Source: an uncultured Clostridia bacterium (lineage in GTDB: Bacteria > Bacillota > Clostridia > Oscillospirales > JAAYOS01). Taken from it: 32,000 bases of DNA. The stretch spans positions 4,364 to 36,363 of the forward strand of contig CANRIN010000013.1 of the NCBI GenBank assembly GCA_947630675.1, written 5' to 3'. Position numbers and translations under genes: made by a program. Shown here one piece after another: positions 1 through 7,143 of this stretch; the first letter of the stretch is position 1, and each line of letters starts with the position of its first letter. The notes below the pieces were generated by a model that was given only the letters and a program-made list of their open reading frames with translations, made no database searches and was not told where the DNA came from.

Positions 1-66
1 CGCGGCGCGCGGCGCTCCGTCCGCCATACTCTCACCCCCTCGACACACAAAATCGTATCTGAAAAT

Positions 67-208
67 ATTATAGCATATCGCGGAGCGATATGCTATAATG
101 TGCCATGTTTTGCGGTTCCGCCCAAAGGGCGGGAGCAAAACGGCTTCAAATCAATTATAATAGCCGCTCTGCGGCTATTATAGCATATCGCGGAGCGATA
201 TGCTATAA
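67..208. repeat. Cluster of four hairpins: two identical 32-nt perfect palindromes (attatagcatatcgc-gga-gcgatatgctataa) at 67-98 and 177-208, bracketing hairpins at 107-141 and 159-179
   Basis: Direct reading. The 32-mer occurs twice, 110 bp apart, and each copy has a 13-bp stem with a 3-nt loop. The inner hairpins are gttttgc..gcaaaac (with tccgccc-aaa-gggcggga inside) and aatagccgc-tct-gcggctatt. Confidence 0.85.
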
Positions 209-298
209 CATAATATCCTGTTTGCCGCGGCAGCGCAGTCGACAATCGGGTGCGGCCTTTACTTCGACGCCGCTCCGCGCATCGGGCCAGTCCTCCAC

Positions 299-1390
299 CT
301 AGTCAAACTGCATTCGGAGCTGAATGGTGTACTGTTCCCCGGTGCCGTCCTCGTTCTCGGTGAAGGGTATGGTGATGCGGTATTCTTCCTCCGGTTCGAG
401 AGCGCCGAGCTCTATCCCTAAAAGCGATACTACCGACAGCCTGTATTTCTCGCTTTCGCTGTGCTCCGTTGAAGCGTAGTATCTTTCCGGATCAGAGACG
501 CTGAACGAGTCCTCATACATAACCTGCTCGGCATACCTGTCAAGGATATGGATACCGGCGTATTCGTTGAACCACGACAGGTAGTCGGTTCCCACCCAGT
601 CATCCGCGGCCTCGTCAAATCGTTCGAGCACAACATTTTTATAGTCTATATACCGCGCCGGAGTGTTCGCTCTGAGGGTAAGGTTTAGATACGCCGTGTC
701 ACCGTCTTCCGAGGCGGTCGGGCGTCTCGCATAGGTGGGCTCCGCAAGCAGGACTTCCATCGGCTCGTCTGTCCACTCGGGGACCTCGTATTCAAAATAG
801 ACTGCATGGGTCTTGACGCCGCTGACACCCATATCGCTGTCATTCCCGTCATCCGGAGGCAGGTAGTCCCTGAGAGTAAGAACAGCTCGGTAAGTACCCG
901 GTTCCCACAGAGGGAGATTGACGCATACGTTTCCGTCTTTTCCTCCGGCGCTCTCGGCTGGACGGACAATGTTTGTTGCTCCGTACCAGTTTCGCGCCTG
1001 CGAATCATAAAGGCGGTAATACGCCACCCATTCGTCTCCTTCAAGACGCTCGACATAGCCCAGTTCTCCCGAAGTATCCCAGACGTCCATGCCGTTTTCC
1101 CAGAACGCAAGGCCGACGGTGTAATAGCTGTCGTCCTTGGACTGCACGGACAGGTAGCTCAGGGTCTCAAAAAAAGGCGCATTTGTCGCACCTCTTCCGG
1201 CGTAGTATATATCGACCATTTCCGCCCCGACGCCGAGGGTCTTTATTTTCCTCGGCTCAAATAGATGATACACCCCGTCCCTGCTCTCGGTCTTGAAGGT
1301 AAACGGGCCGGTGTACTCCTCCTTTGCCGAGCAGGACGCCAATAATGCGACAATAAGCACTGTACTGAACAGAGTTTTCAGGCGCTTCAT
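299..1390 (-). CDS. Putative lipoprotein, function unknown
   Basis: ORF 299..1486 trimmed to the ATG at 1390, which is preceded by AAAGGAG (gaaaggagtgtacaatATG). N-terminus MKRLKTLFSTVLIVALLASC is a signal peptide plus lipobox (LLASC). No catalytic motif recognised. Confidence 0.75.
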   Translation of the reverse strand: MKRLKTLFSTVLIVALLASCSAKEEYTGPFTFKTESRDGVYHLFEPRKIKTLGVGAEMVDIYYAGRGATNAPFFETLSYLSVQSKDDSYYTVGLAFWENGMDVWDTSGELGYVERLEGDEWVAYYRLYDSQARNWYGATNIVRPAESAGGKDGNVCVNLPLWEPGTYRAVLTLRDYLPPDDGNDSDMGVSGVKTHAVYFEYEVPEWTDEPMEVLLAEPTYARRPTASEDGDTAYLNLTLRANTPARYIDYKNVVLERFDEAADDWVGTDYLSWFNEYAGIHILDRYAEQVMYEDSFSVSDPERYYASTEHSESEKYRLSVVSLLGIELGALEPEEEYRITIPFTENEDGTGEQYTIQLRMQFD

Positions 1391-1741
1391 ATTGTACACT
1401 CCTTTCAACACGCAAGACCGCAGGTCTGAGCCGCTGAAGCTTTCCTTGTTTTCGATGATGAACTGAATGTCCCGCGCTCCGACCATAGGACTCTACCGCA
1501 ACAGCACTGCCGGCTCGGCGGCGCAAGCTGCGATGATTTGACGGCTTCCCACCTATTCGGCGTCAGTTTCGACGCCTCCTTTGGCCTGTTTATGCCAGGT
1601 CTATCTGTATATGTCCGCACATCGCAAAATGAGGACAGCTTTTTTCAAAATTTCAGAAAAATTTTTTGCGCGGCGCAACCTGCTCCCGGAGCACAGCTGA
1701 CAGGCGGTCTCCTGACTCTCACTCTTTCTTTCCGGCACGGA

Positions 1742-2419
1742 TTAGGCGCGGAACACGTCCGCGCCCGGCCACGTGGCCGCTTCTTCATAGTGCCGCTCCC
1801 GGCACACGTCCGCGTCAAGATACAGTTCTATCCCGAATATCTTCTCCAACGCCTGAACCATCGGCTCCGCCTCCCGATATTGAAGCGCTTGCGCCATGGC
1901 CTCGGTTCTGTCCTCACACCCGAGCAGGGCGCAGAAGCCCGCCGAGTCGGCGGGCTCGACGTCGTCCTCGTCAAACCAGTAGAGTCCGCGGCAGACGCTC
2001 TGCCCGTCGGCGGCGCACAGCACCGCGTTGGTGTCGTCGTACACCCCCAGATCCAAGGTAGGGACGCCCATCGCTTTGGCGTACTCCTTCGCCTCCTGCG
2101 CCATGTTCTCCGTGCGGATATGGTCGTACCAGTAGAGACTCGCCGCGCCGGGACGGAGAACTACCACCGCCCGATCCTCTTCGGCCTCACGGAAGGCGTT
2201 TGCCATGGCGGCGTCCAAAAGTGCCGTCTTTTCGGCCCGCTCCTTCTCGTCGGAGCTCGTCTCCCGGATCTCCTTCTCCGCCATAGAGCGGAGGAGCGCC
2301 ATCATGGCTCTGTCCCTGTCTCCCGGCTCGGGCGCTTTGCCGAATTTTCGCTCCAACTCCGGCAGGAGCTTCTCCGGCTCCTGCGTCAGAAAGTGGATGC
2401 CCGCAGCTTTTGTACCCAT
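1742..2419 (-). CDS. Hypothetical protein (acidic, about 225 aa)
   Basis: ORF 1742..2431. The ATG at 2419 is preceded by GGAGGTG 9 nt upstream. The track start at 2431 is a GTG lying inside that SD. No family recognised. Apparently co-oriented in an operon with the upstream methyltransferase. Confidence 0.6.
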   Translation of the reverse strand: MGTKAAGIHFLTQEPEKLLPELERKFGKAPEPGDRDRAMMALLRSMAEKEIRETSSDEKERAEKTALLDAAMANAFREAEEDRAVVVLRPGAASLYWYDHIRTENMAQEAKEYAKAMGVPTLDLGVYDDTNAVLCAADGQSVCRGLYWFDEDDVEPADSAGFCALLGCEDRTEAMAQALQYREAEPMVQALEKIFGIELYLDADVCRERHYEEAATWPGADVFRA

Positions 2420-2475
2420 TGTGTGTTTCACCTCCGGTAAATACTTGGCAATTCACGTTTTCTGTGCCGCGACAG

Positions 2476-3258
2476 TCACCGTTTCCTCAGAATGTCCAGC
2501 GTATGGTGGGACGCGCCGATGAGGTCGCCGCGCTCGCAGATGGCGAAGTGGTAGTCCATCCACTTCGCGAAGGTCGCGTCGTCCATGGCGTCTATGTACT
2601 CGCGCTTGTAGTTTGTAGCGCCGTCCGTCGCCACGAGCCTTATCCGCTCCGCCGGAAGCTCCGCGTCGAGCGAGGCGATGTCCTCCGTCCTCACCAGCTC
2701 GAAGAGATCCTTCGGCTCGCTTACGCAGTGCCAGTCGTCGGTTATCATTTTGAGATCCATCACCTCGCGGAGGTGATTCATACCGAAGACGTACTGTATC
2801 ACCGTCGGCTCATTCATGCAGTACGCGGCGAGGATGTGCCCGCCGCTGCGCGTCACGCGAACGGCCTCGCGGAGCGCCTGCAGCTTGTCCTCGCGCGTGT
2901 AGAGGTGGTACATCGGCCCGAGCAGCATCGTGAGGTCGAACGCGCCGTCCGGCAGGAACGACAGGTCGAGGGCGTTGCCCTGCACGGCACGGATGGGCTC
3001 CGAGCCGTCGAGCTTGGCGTGGAGCAGCTCGAGATTGTGCGGGACGAGCTCCACCGCCGTCACGCGAAGTCCCTGCTTTGCGAGCGTCACGCTGTACCGC
3101 CCTGTCCCGGCCCCAACCTCAAGTATATTCGGCTCGGGGAGCCCCGACAGGCACTCGCGTATATACTTCATCGTCGTCAGATACTCGACCTGACCGTGCC
3201 GTGAGAGCAGCCGCCCCTCCTCGTCGTAGGAGTTGTAGTAATCTTCAAGATAGCTCAT
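2476..3258 (-). CDS. Class I SAM-dependent methyltransferase
   Basis: Motif I ILEVGAGTGRYS, followed by an acidic residue after beta-2 (VTAVELV) and a Rossmann-like order of motifs. SD GGAGGGAAAC precedes the ATG at 3258. Confidence 0.85.
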   Translation of the reverse strand: MSYLEDYYNSYDEEGRLLSRHGQVEYLTTMKYIRECLSGLPEPNILEVGAGTGRYSVTLAKQGLRVTAVELVPHNLELLHAKLDGSEPIRAVQGNALDLSFLPDGAFDLTMLLGPMYHLYTREDKLQALREAVRVTRSGGHILAAYCMNEPTVIQYVFGMNHLREVMDLKMITDDWHCVSEPKDLFELVRTEDIASLDAELPAERIRLVATDGATNYKREYIDAMDDATFAKWMDYHFAICERGDLIGASHHTLDILRKR

Positions 3259-3288
3259 GTTTCCCTCCGAAATGTTTGTTATGCCGAA

Positions 3289-3317
3289 ATTATATCACAC
3301 GGGACCGAAAAGGACAA
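3289..3317 (-). promoter_or_regulatory. Sigma-A type promoter for the methyltransferase operon (TTGTCC-17-TATAAT with TGn)
   Basis: Minus strand reads ttgtcc ttttcggtcccgtgtga tataat. It lies about 30 nt upstream of the ATG at 3258. Confidence 0.5.
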
Positions 3318-3433
3318 GAAAGCAGTGAAAAAGTAATAGTGAAGAGTGAATAGCGGCAGTATGCCTCACGCGCTCATTCAATTGCCCGCAAAGCGAATAT
3401 CTTCGCTATTATTTTTAAAAATGGCAAAAATTC

Positions 3434-3462
3434 TTGACGTTTGTTGAGAAATAGACTAATAT
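3434..3462 (+). promoter_or_regulatory. Near-consensus sigma-A promoter (TTGACG-17-TAATAT) upstream of the orphan AT-rich ORF
   Basis: Plus strand reads ttgacg tttgttgagaaatagac taatat. An AT-rich stretch lies upstream (tattatttttaaaaatggcaaaaatt). Confidence 0.55.
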
Positions 3463-3578
3463 AGAAACGCTACTAGTGCACAGCAAAACCTTTCGACATC
3501 ACCGCAGGCTTCATGCGCAAAGCCGTCTGTTGGTACATCCACGGCAACCTGTCCACCGAACTATTTTTTAATTGTTAT

Positions 3579-4547
3579 ATGATTTTTAAAAAACTAGTTA
3601 AATACATCAAGAAAGAGCTTGATTTGAATCGAGAATATTATAATGCTCTCAAGCAAGGCCACAACAAACCGGGCAGCTATGAACTAAAAGAGTCATCCGC
3701 TGACCCGTCTTTTACCGGGGACAATCATTCTGGAACGCCTGTCCCCGCTAAAACCTTATCTTCTATAGATAAAGAGCGTATCATGGTTCAACGCATGACT
3801 GCCCAAGATGTACTTCAATTCACCAATATGCCTTATAATCTCAACTGCCCGCTAGAAAAACACTTAGAGCCAAATGCCCACGCCGCTGCCTATATGGATT
3901 TAACAAGAGAGAATATATCAATAGCAACCGCGGAATTGCAAAAGCTGAATGTAGTAATTGATTTTGCGAAAAAGAAAATTCCTATTATCCCGAATTGGGC
4001 ACGGATTGACATATCAAGAATTGCGTTTGGAAAATATAATCAGAGTTATGGATACACACACTTGATATGCACACCTTTAACCTACACAGGGAAAATCAGC
4101 AAAATTCCACTGTCTTTGTATTTTGTTTCAAAGCGGGCGCAATCTGGTTTAGGATACGAAGTAAACGGAGAAATAAAGTACTACGCAAACGGGGAAATCG
4201 CCAGCGCAAGAGTAAATTGTTGGAATCGACGTTCTTGGGAAATGGCGGCAGATGGTTGGCAATACGTTTTTTATGATAACGACGGAGATTTGACAATGCG
4301 AGAAATATTGTCAACCATTCGTCCGGACGCATACGGAGGCCCATCATCAATATATAAATGCCCTCAGTTAATCGAAGAAGAACACCAACGAGAACAAGAT
4401 TATAAGACTTACGAGTGGTTACAAAAGAACTTGCCTGATATATGCCCCAAATCAGCAAGCGCATTCAGGACAATGAAAACTAGAAACTCTAAAAACTATC
4501 AAAAAATAGTTGATGAAGCCAAAAAATCAGGATATACCATAAACTAA
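3579..4547 (+). CDS. Orphan hypothetical protein encoded in AT-rich (foreign-looking) DNA
   Basis: Uninterrupted 344-codon frame (3513..4547) in DNA that is about 35% G+C by spot count. The start is uncertain: the ATG at 3579 (MIFKKLVKYIKKE) begins where composition drops, and the ATG at 3513 is the alternative. Neither has an SD. No motif recognised. Confidence 0.6.
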   Translation: MIFKKLVKYIKKELDLNREYYNALKQGHNKPGSYELKESSADPSFTGDNHSGTPVPAKTLSSIDKERIMVQRMTAQDVLQFTNMPYNLNCPLEKHLEPNAHAAAYMDLTRENISIATAELQKLNVVIDFAKKKIPIIPNWARIDISRIAFGKYNQSYGYTHLICTPLTYTGKISKIPLSLYFVSKRAQSGLGYEVNGEIKYYANGEIASARVNCWNRRSWEMAADGWQYVFYDNDGDLTMREILSTIRPDAYGGPSSIYKCPQLIEEEHQREQDYKTYEWLQKNLPDICPKSASAFRTMKTRNSKNYQKIVDEAKKSGYTIN

Positions 4548-4639
4548 AAAACCAGTGCTCGCAATACCTGGGGGAAAATTAACTTGGGTGGTACATTCGC
4601 CTTGCCTAAATAATATATCAAAAACAATTTATAGCGCTG

Positions 4640-4690
4640 ATGTCCACTCGCTCGTGCGGCTTCCGCCGCACAACCGCGAGTGATGGACAT
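4640..4690. other. Long imperfect hairpin (atgtcca-ctcgc...gcgag-tga-tggacat with inner gtgcggc-ttcc-gccgcac)
   Basis: Direct reading of complementary arms. It lies between the AT-rich islet and the tRNA-half copy. Confidence 0.6.
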
Positions 4691-4726
4691 GGGTGTCCGG
4701 GGTTCGAATAGATCCCAAAATCACCA
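4691..4726 (+). pseudogene. Inverted partial copy of the 3' half of tRNA-Lys (T-arm 5' side and ...TCACCA end), non-functional
   Basis: gggtgtccggggttcgaat matches the tRNA-Lys variable/T-arm, and tcacca matches its 3' end. The T-stem 3' strand and the acceptor are replaced by agatcccaaaa, and there is no 5' half. Confidence 0.7.
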
Positions 4727-4763
4727 GAAATAGAGGGGTGCGCAAAGCGCACCCCTCTATTTC
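4727..4763 (-). terminator. Perfect 17-bp hairpin directly after the tRNA-Lys CCA end
   Basis: gaaatagaggggtgcgc-aaa-gcgcacccctctatttc. On the minus strand it is followed by tggtgattttggg. Confidence 0.6.
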
Positions 4764-4839
4764 TGGTGACCTAGCGGGGATTCGAACCCCGGACACCCTG
4801 CTTAAAAGGCAGGTGCTCTGCCGACTGAGCTACTAAGTC
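4764..4839 (-). tRNA. tRNA-Lys (anticodon UUU), CCA encoded
   Basis: Minus strand reads GACTTAGTAGCTCAGTCGGCAGAGCACCTGCCTTTTAAGCAGGGTGTCCGGGGTTCGAATCCCCGCTAGGTCACCA. It has a 7-bp acceptor stem, an anticodon stem CCTGC/GCAGG with loop CTTTTAA, and T-loop TTCGAAT. Confidence 0.95.
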
Positions 4840-4899
4840 ACGTTCGCCCCGTACGCCGCCGGCCATTTCGACCCGGCGGCACATCCAAGGCTATTTGTT

Positions 4900-4928
4900 A
4901 TAATACCACACGAAATGGAAATACGCAA
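4900..4928 (-). promoter_or_regulatory. Possible promoter for tRNA-Lys (TTGCGT-17-TATTAT with TGn)
   Basis: Minus strand reads ttgcgt atttccatttcgtgtgg tattat. The -35 is weak. Confidence 0.3.
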
Positions 4929-4937
4929 GAGTATTTT

Positions 4938-6146
4938 TCATTCTTTCCGCTCCGGGCCGTTCAGAAACAGTTTGTAGGTGATATCCATACCGAAAGCGCC
5001 GAGCGGCGCGGTTATCACTATCGAAAGCACCGCCACCGAGAGCACGATGTTCCCGCACGCTAGCCCAAGCGCCAGCGGCACGCCGCCGATCGCCGCCTGG
5101 ACCGTTGCTTTGGGGATGTACGCTATGACGCAGAACATCTTCTCCCGGAAACTCAGCTTCGTCCCGAGCATACAGAGCCACACTCCCACGGAGCGAAAAA
5201 CAAGCGCAATGAATATCATCGCCACGGCTGTCGGCCCGGCTTCCAGCGTGTAACGTATATCCACGGCAGCCCCGACGAGCACAAACAGGATGAGCTCGGC
5301 CGCGAGCCAGAGTTTTCCGCTCTTCTCCGCCAGGTCCCCGCTTGCCTCCGTCCTGCACCGCATCCTTATTACACACGCCATGCTCATCACCGCAAGGAGA
5401 CCGGACACCGAGACGATGCCCTCCAGCCACGTTTCGACTGCCATCAGCAGGAACGCCGTGCCGAGCACGATTATCATCTTGTTGCTGCCGCGGATGCTCT
5501 TTCCGCTTCTGTGCGCGCGCTCGAAAAGCTCCGCCAGGGCAAAACCGACGATTATTCCAAGTACTATCCCAAGCAGTATCGAAACCGGTATGGCAGCAAA
5601 ATCCTTAAACTCCGCAGCCCCGCCCTGCGCCATTCCGACAAGCGCCGAAAAAAGCACTATCACAAACACATCGTCGAGGGACGCGCCCGCAAGTATGAGC
5701 TGCGGGATGCCCTTATCTGTCCCCCATCCCCCCTCGATAAGCTGCACCATCTTCGGCACGACTACCGCAGGAGATACGGCGCCGAGAACCGCGCCTATTA
5801 TGGCCGCCTCAAGCCGGGTCACCTTGAGAAGTGCGGGTGCGAGCAGCACGAACGCCGCTATCTCAAAGCACGCCGGCAGGAAAGACATCAAAAGTGCCGG
5901 TCTGCCTACCTTTTTCAGGTCGGAGAGGTCGAGCGAGAGCCCGGCCTTTATCAGTATTATGATAAGCGCCATCTGACGGAGATCGGCCGACACGTCGAGT
6001 ATAGACGGGTCGAGCAGGTCTAAAACATACGGTCCCAGCAGTATCCCTGCAAGGAGCATGCCGACGATCCGCGGAAGCTTTATTTTCCGGCACAGCGTCG
6101 CCATCATAAGTCCGACAAGAAAGATGAATGCAAGAGAAGTCAGCAT
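4938..6146 (-). CDS. Cation:proton antiporter (CPA / Na+(K+)/H+ exchanger family)
   Basis: About 12 hydrophobic segments. The N-terminus MLTSLAFIFLVGLMMATLCRKIKLPRIVGMLLAGILLGPYVLDLL is typical of Kef/NapA-type exchangers. The ATG at 6146 is preceded by GGGAGGAT; the track start at 6167 is a TTG. Confidence 0.85.
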   Translation of the reverse strand: MLTSLAFIFLVGLMMATLCRKIKLPRIVGMLLAGILLGPYVLDLLDPSILDVSADLRQMALIIILIKAGLSLDLSDLKKVGRPALLMSFLPACFEIAAFVLLAPALLKVTRLEAAIIGAVLGAVSPAVVVPKMVQLIEGGWGTDKGIPQLILAGASLDDVFVIVLFSALVGMAQGGAAEFKDFAAIPVSILLGIVLGIIVGFALAELFERAHRSGKSIRGSNKMIIVLGTAFLLMAVETWLEGIVSVSGLLAVMSMACVIRMRCRTEASGDLAEKSGKLWLAAELILFVLVGAAVDIRYTLEAGPTAVAMIFIALVFRSVGVWLCMLGTKLSFREKMFCVIAYIPKATVQAAIGGVPLALGLACGNIVLSVAVLSIVITAPLGAFGMDITYKLFLNGPERKE

Positions 6147-6165
6147 AGTTATCCTCCCTATACGC

Positions 6166-6262
6166 AAAAAGCCGACGACTTTCTGCGAAATAAAATCACA
6201 GAAGTCATCAGCTTCAAAAGCGGTTCAAGGCCATAGGCCTTAGGGAGAACTTCATTCCCTTC
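6166..6262 (-). promoter_or_regulatory. Fluoride riboswitch (crcB motif) with terminator expression platform
   Basis: Minus-strand RNA reads AGGGAAUGAAGUUCUCCCU..AACCGCUUUUGAAGCUGAUGACUUCUGU. P1 is AGGGA/UCCCU, the pseudoknot pairs GAAGU with ACUUC, P3 is GCU-UUUGA-AGC, and the conserved CUGAUGA is present. This closely parallels the Bacillus cereus aptamer as I recall it (GGCGAUGGAGUUCGCCAUAAACGCUGCUUAGCUAAUGACUCCUAC). The strand GCUGAUGACUUCUGUG also pairs with CGCAGAAAGUCGUCGGC followed by UUUUU, which forms a competing terminator. Confidence 0.7.
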
Positions 6263-6268
6263 GCTGCT

Positions 6269-6297
6269 ATTATATAACGGCATCTTCAAAAATGCAA
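6269..6297 (-). promoter_or_regulatory. Promoter for the riboswitch-antiporter transcript (TTGCAT-17-TATAAT)
   Basis: Minus strand reads ttgcat ttttgaagatgccgtta tataat. The -10 ends about 7 nt before the first aptamer nucleotides. Confidence 0.55.
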
Positions 6298-6380
6298 CGC
6301 TTTTTTGCCCGGCGGAGCCCGCGGCTTTTTCAAAAACCCAGAGCGAACTATCCCTGATTTGTAAATTCAGGCCAAAGGTC

Positions 6381-6410
6381 TTGACTTTGCCCCGTTATAT
6401 AAAATATAAT
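6381..6410 (+). promoter_or_regulatory. Promoter for the lipoprotein gene (TTGACT-18-TATAAT)
   Basis: Plus strand reads ttgact ttgccccgttatataaaa tataat, about 58 nt upstream of the ATG at 6469. Confidence 0.5.
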
Positions 6411-6468
6411 ACTGTATCCGATGTTTTTCTACACGGTCCTGCTCAGCGTATCCGAAGGAGGGTCAGAC

Positions 6469-7089
6469 ATGACGTTCACATCGCTCACAAAGAGATTCGC
6501 GGCACTTCTGCTTGCCGCATCGCTCCTGCTCGCGCTCGGCGCATGCGGTTCGACCTCGACCTCGTACAGCGTGGACAGGTCGCCCGAGACGTCTTTCGAG
6601 GCATCCGCCTCGCCCGCCGGCGGTGAGAGCACGGAGTCTGCGGAACCGTCCTACCTCCCGGAGAGCAGCGGCGAACCGTCTGCGGAGCCGGAGGTCTCCG
6701 CCTCGCCGGAGGCATCCGAGCCCACCGGTGAGGTCTCTCCCGACCCGGACGAAGCGCCGTCCCCGGACGACGAGCCGTCCGAGAGTCCGGCGGCCGTAGA
6801 ACCTGCATCCGCCGAGCCGTCTCCCGATACCGGCACGGACGAGGAGCCAAAGTCCTCGTCGGAAGCGCCGTCCGGAGCTGCCGCGGAACCGTCCGGCGTC
6901 GAAACATCCCCGGAAGATACCTCCTCGTCAGGCGTGCGCTACGTTCTCAACACCAACACGATGAAGTTCCATCTGCCGTACTGCTCAAGCGTCGAAAAAA
7001 TAAAGGCCAAGAACCGCCTCGACTCCTCCGAGAGCCGCGAAGCGATAATCGCGAAGGGCTACGTTCCCTGCAAAATCTGCGATCCGTAA
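6469..7089 (+). CDS. Lipoprotein with an E/P/S-rich linker and a C-terminal Ada-like zinc-binding domain
   Basis: The ATG at 6469 follows GAAGGAGGG. Signal peptide plus lipobox (LLLALGAC), then about 130 aa of low-complexity SPE repeats. The C-terminus FHLPYCSSVEKIKAKNRLDSSESREAIIAKGYVPCKICDP aligns with E. coli Ada FCRPSC...EALAAGFRPCKRCQP. Confidence 0.8.
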   Translation: MTFTSLTKRFAALLLAASLLLALGACGSTSTSYSVDRSPETSFEASASPAGGESTESAEPSYLPESSGEPSAEPEVSASPEASEPTGEVSPDPDEAPSPDDEPSESPAAVEPASAEPSPDTGTDEEPKSSSEAPSGAAAEPSGVETSPEDTSSSGVRYVLNTNTMKFHLPYCSSVEKIKAKNRLDSSESREAIIAKGYVPCKICDP

Positions 7090-7111
7090 GCGGGAAAGGT
7101 AATATCAAACG

Positions 7112-7141
7112 AAAAATCCTCGCCGAAGGGCGAGGATTTTT
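7112..7141. terminator. Bidirectional intrinsic terminator
   Basis: aaaaatcctcgcc-gaag-ggcgaggattttt has A/T runs on both sides. It lies between the convergent lipoprotein gene and tRNA-Gln. Confidence 0.8.
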
Positions 7142-7143
7142 CA

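Noticed and set aside
67-208. Possible CRISPR array
   Set aside because: There are only two copies of the 32-mer. The 'spacer' is itself made of hairpins, the repeats are perfect palindromes, and no cas genes are nearby.
105-302. 65-aa plus-strand ORF across the palindrome cluster
   Set aside because: It has no SD, it is composed of hairpin DNA, and it overlaps the 3' end of the lipoprotein gene.
1391-1741. Possible riboswitch or leader in the 350-nt region upstream of the lipoprotein gene
   Set aside because: I compared it by eye with c-di-GMP, c-di-AMP, TPP, FMN, glycine and T-box cores and found no convincing match. No clear promoter was found either. It needs an Rfam scan rather than a call.
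3300-4840. Complete integrative element (integrase plus att sites) at tRNA-Lys
   Set aside because: No integrase or recombinase ORF is present, and no direct repeat of the tRNA 3' end was found on the far side of the islet. Only an inverted partial copy adjacent to the tRNA exists.
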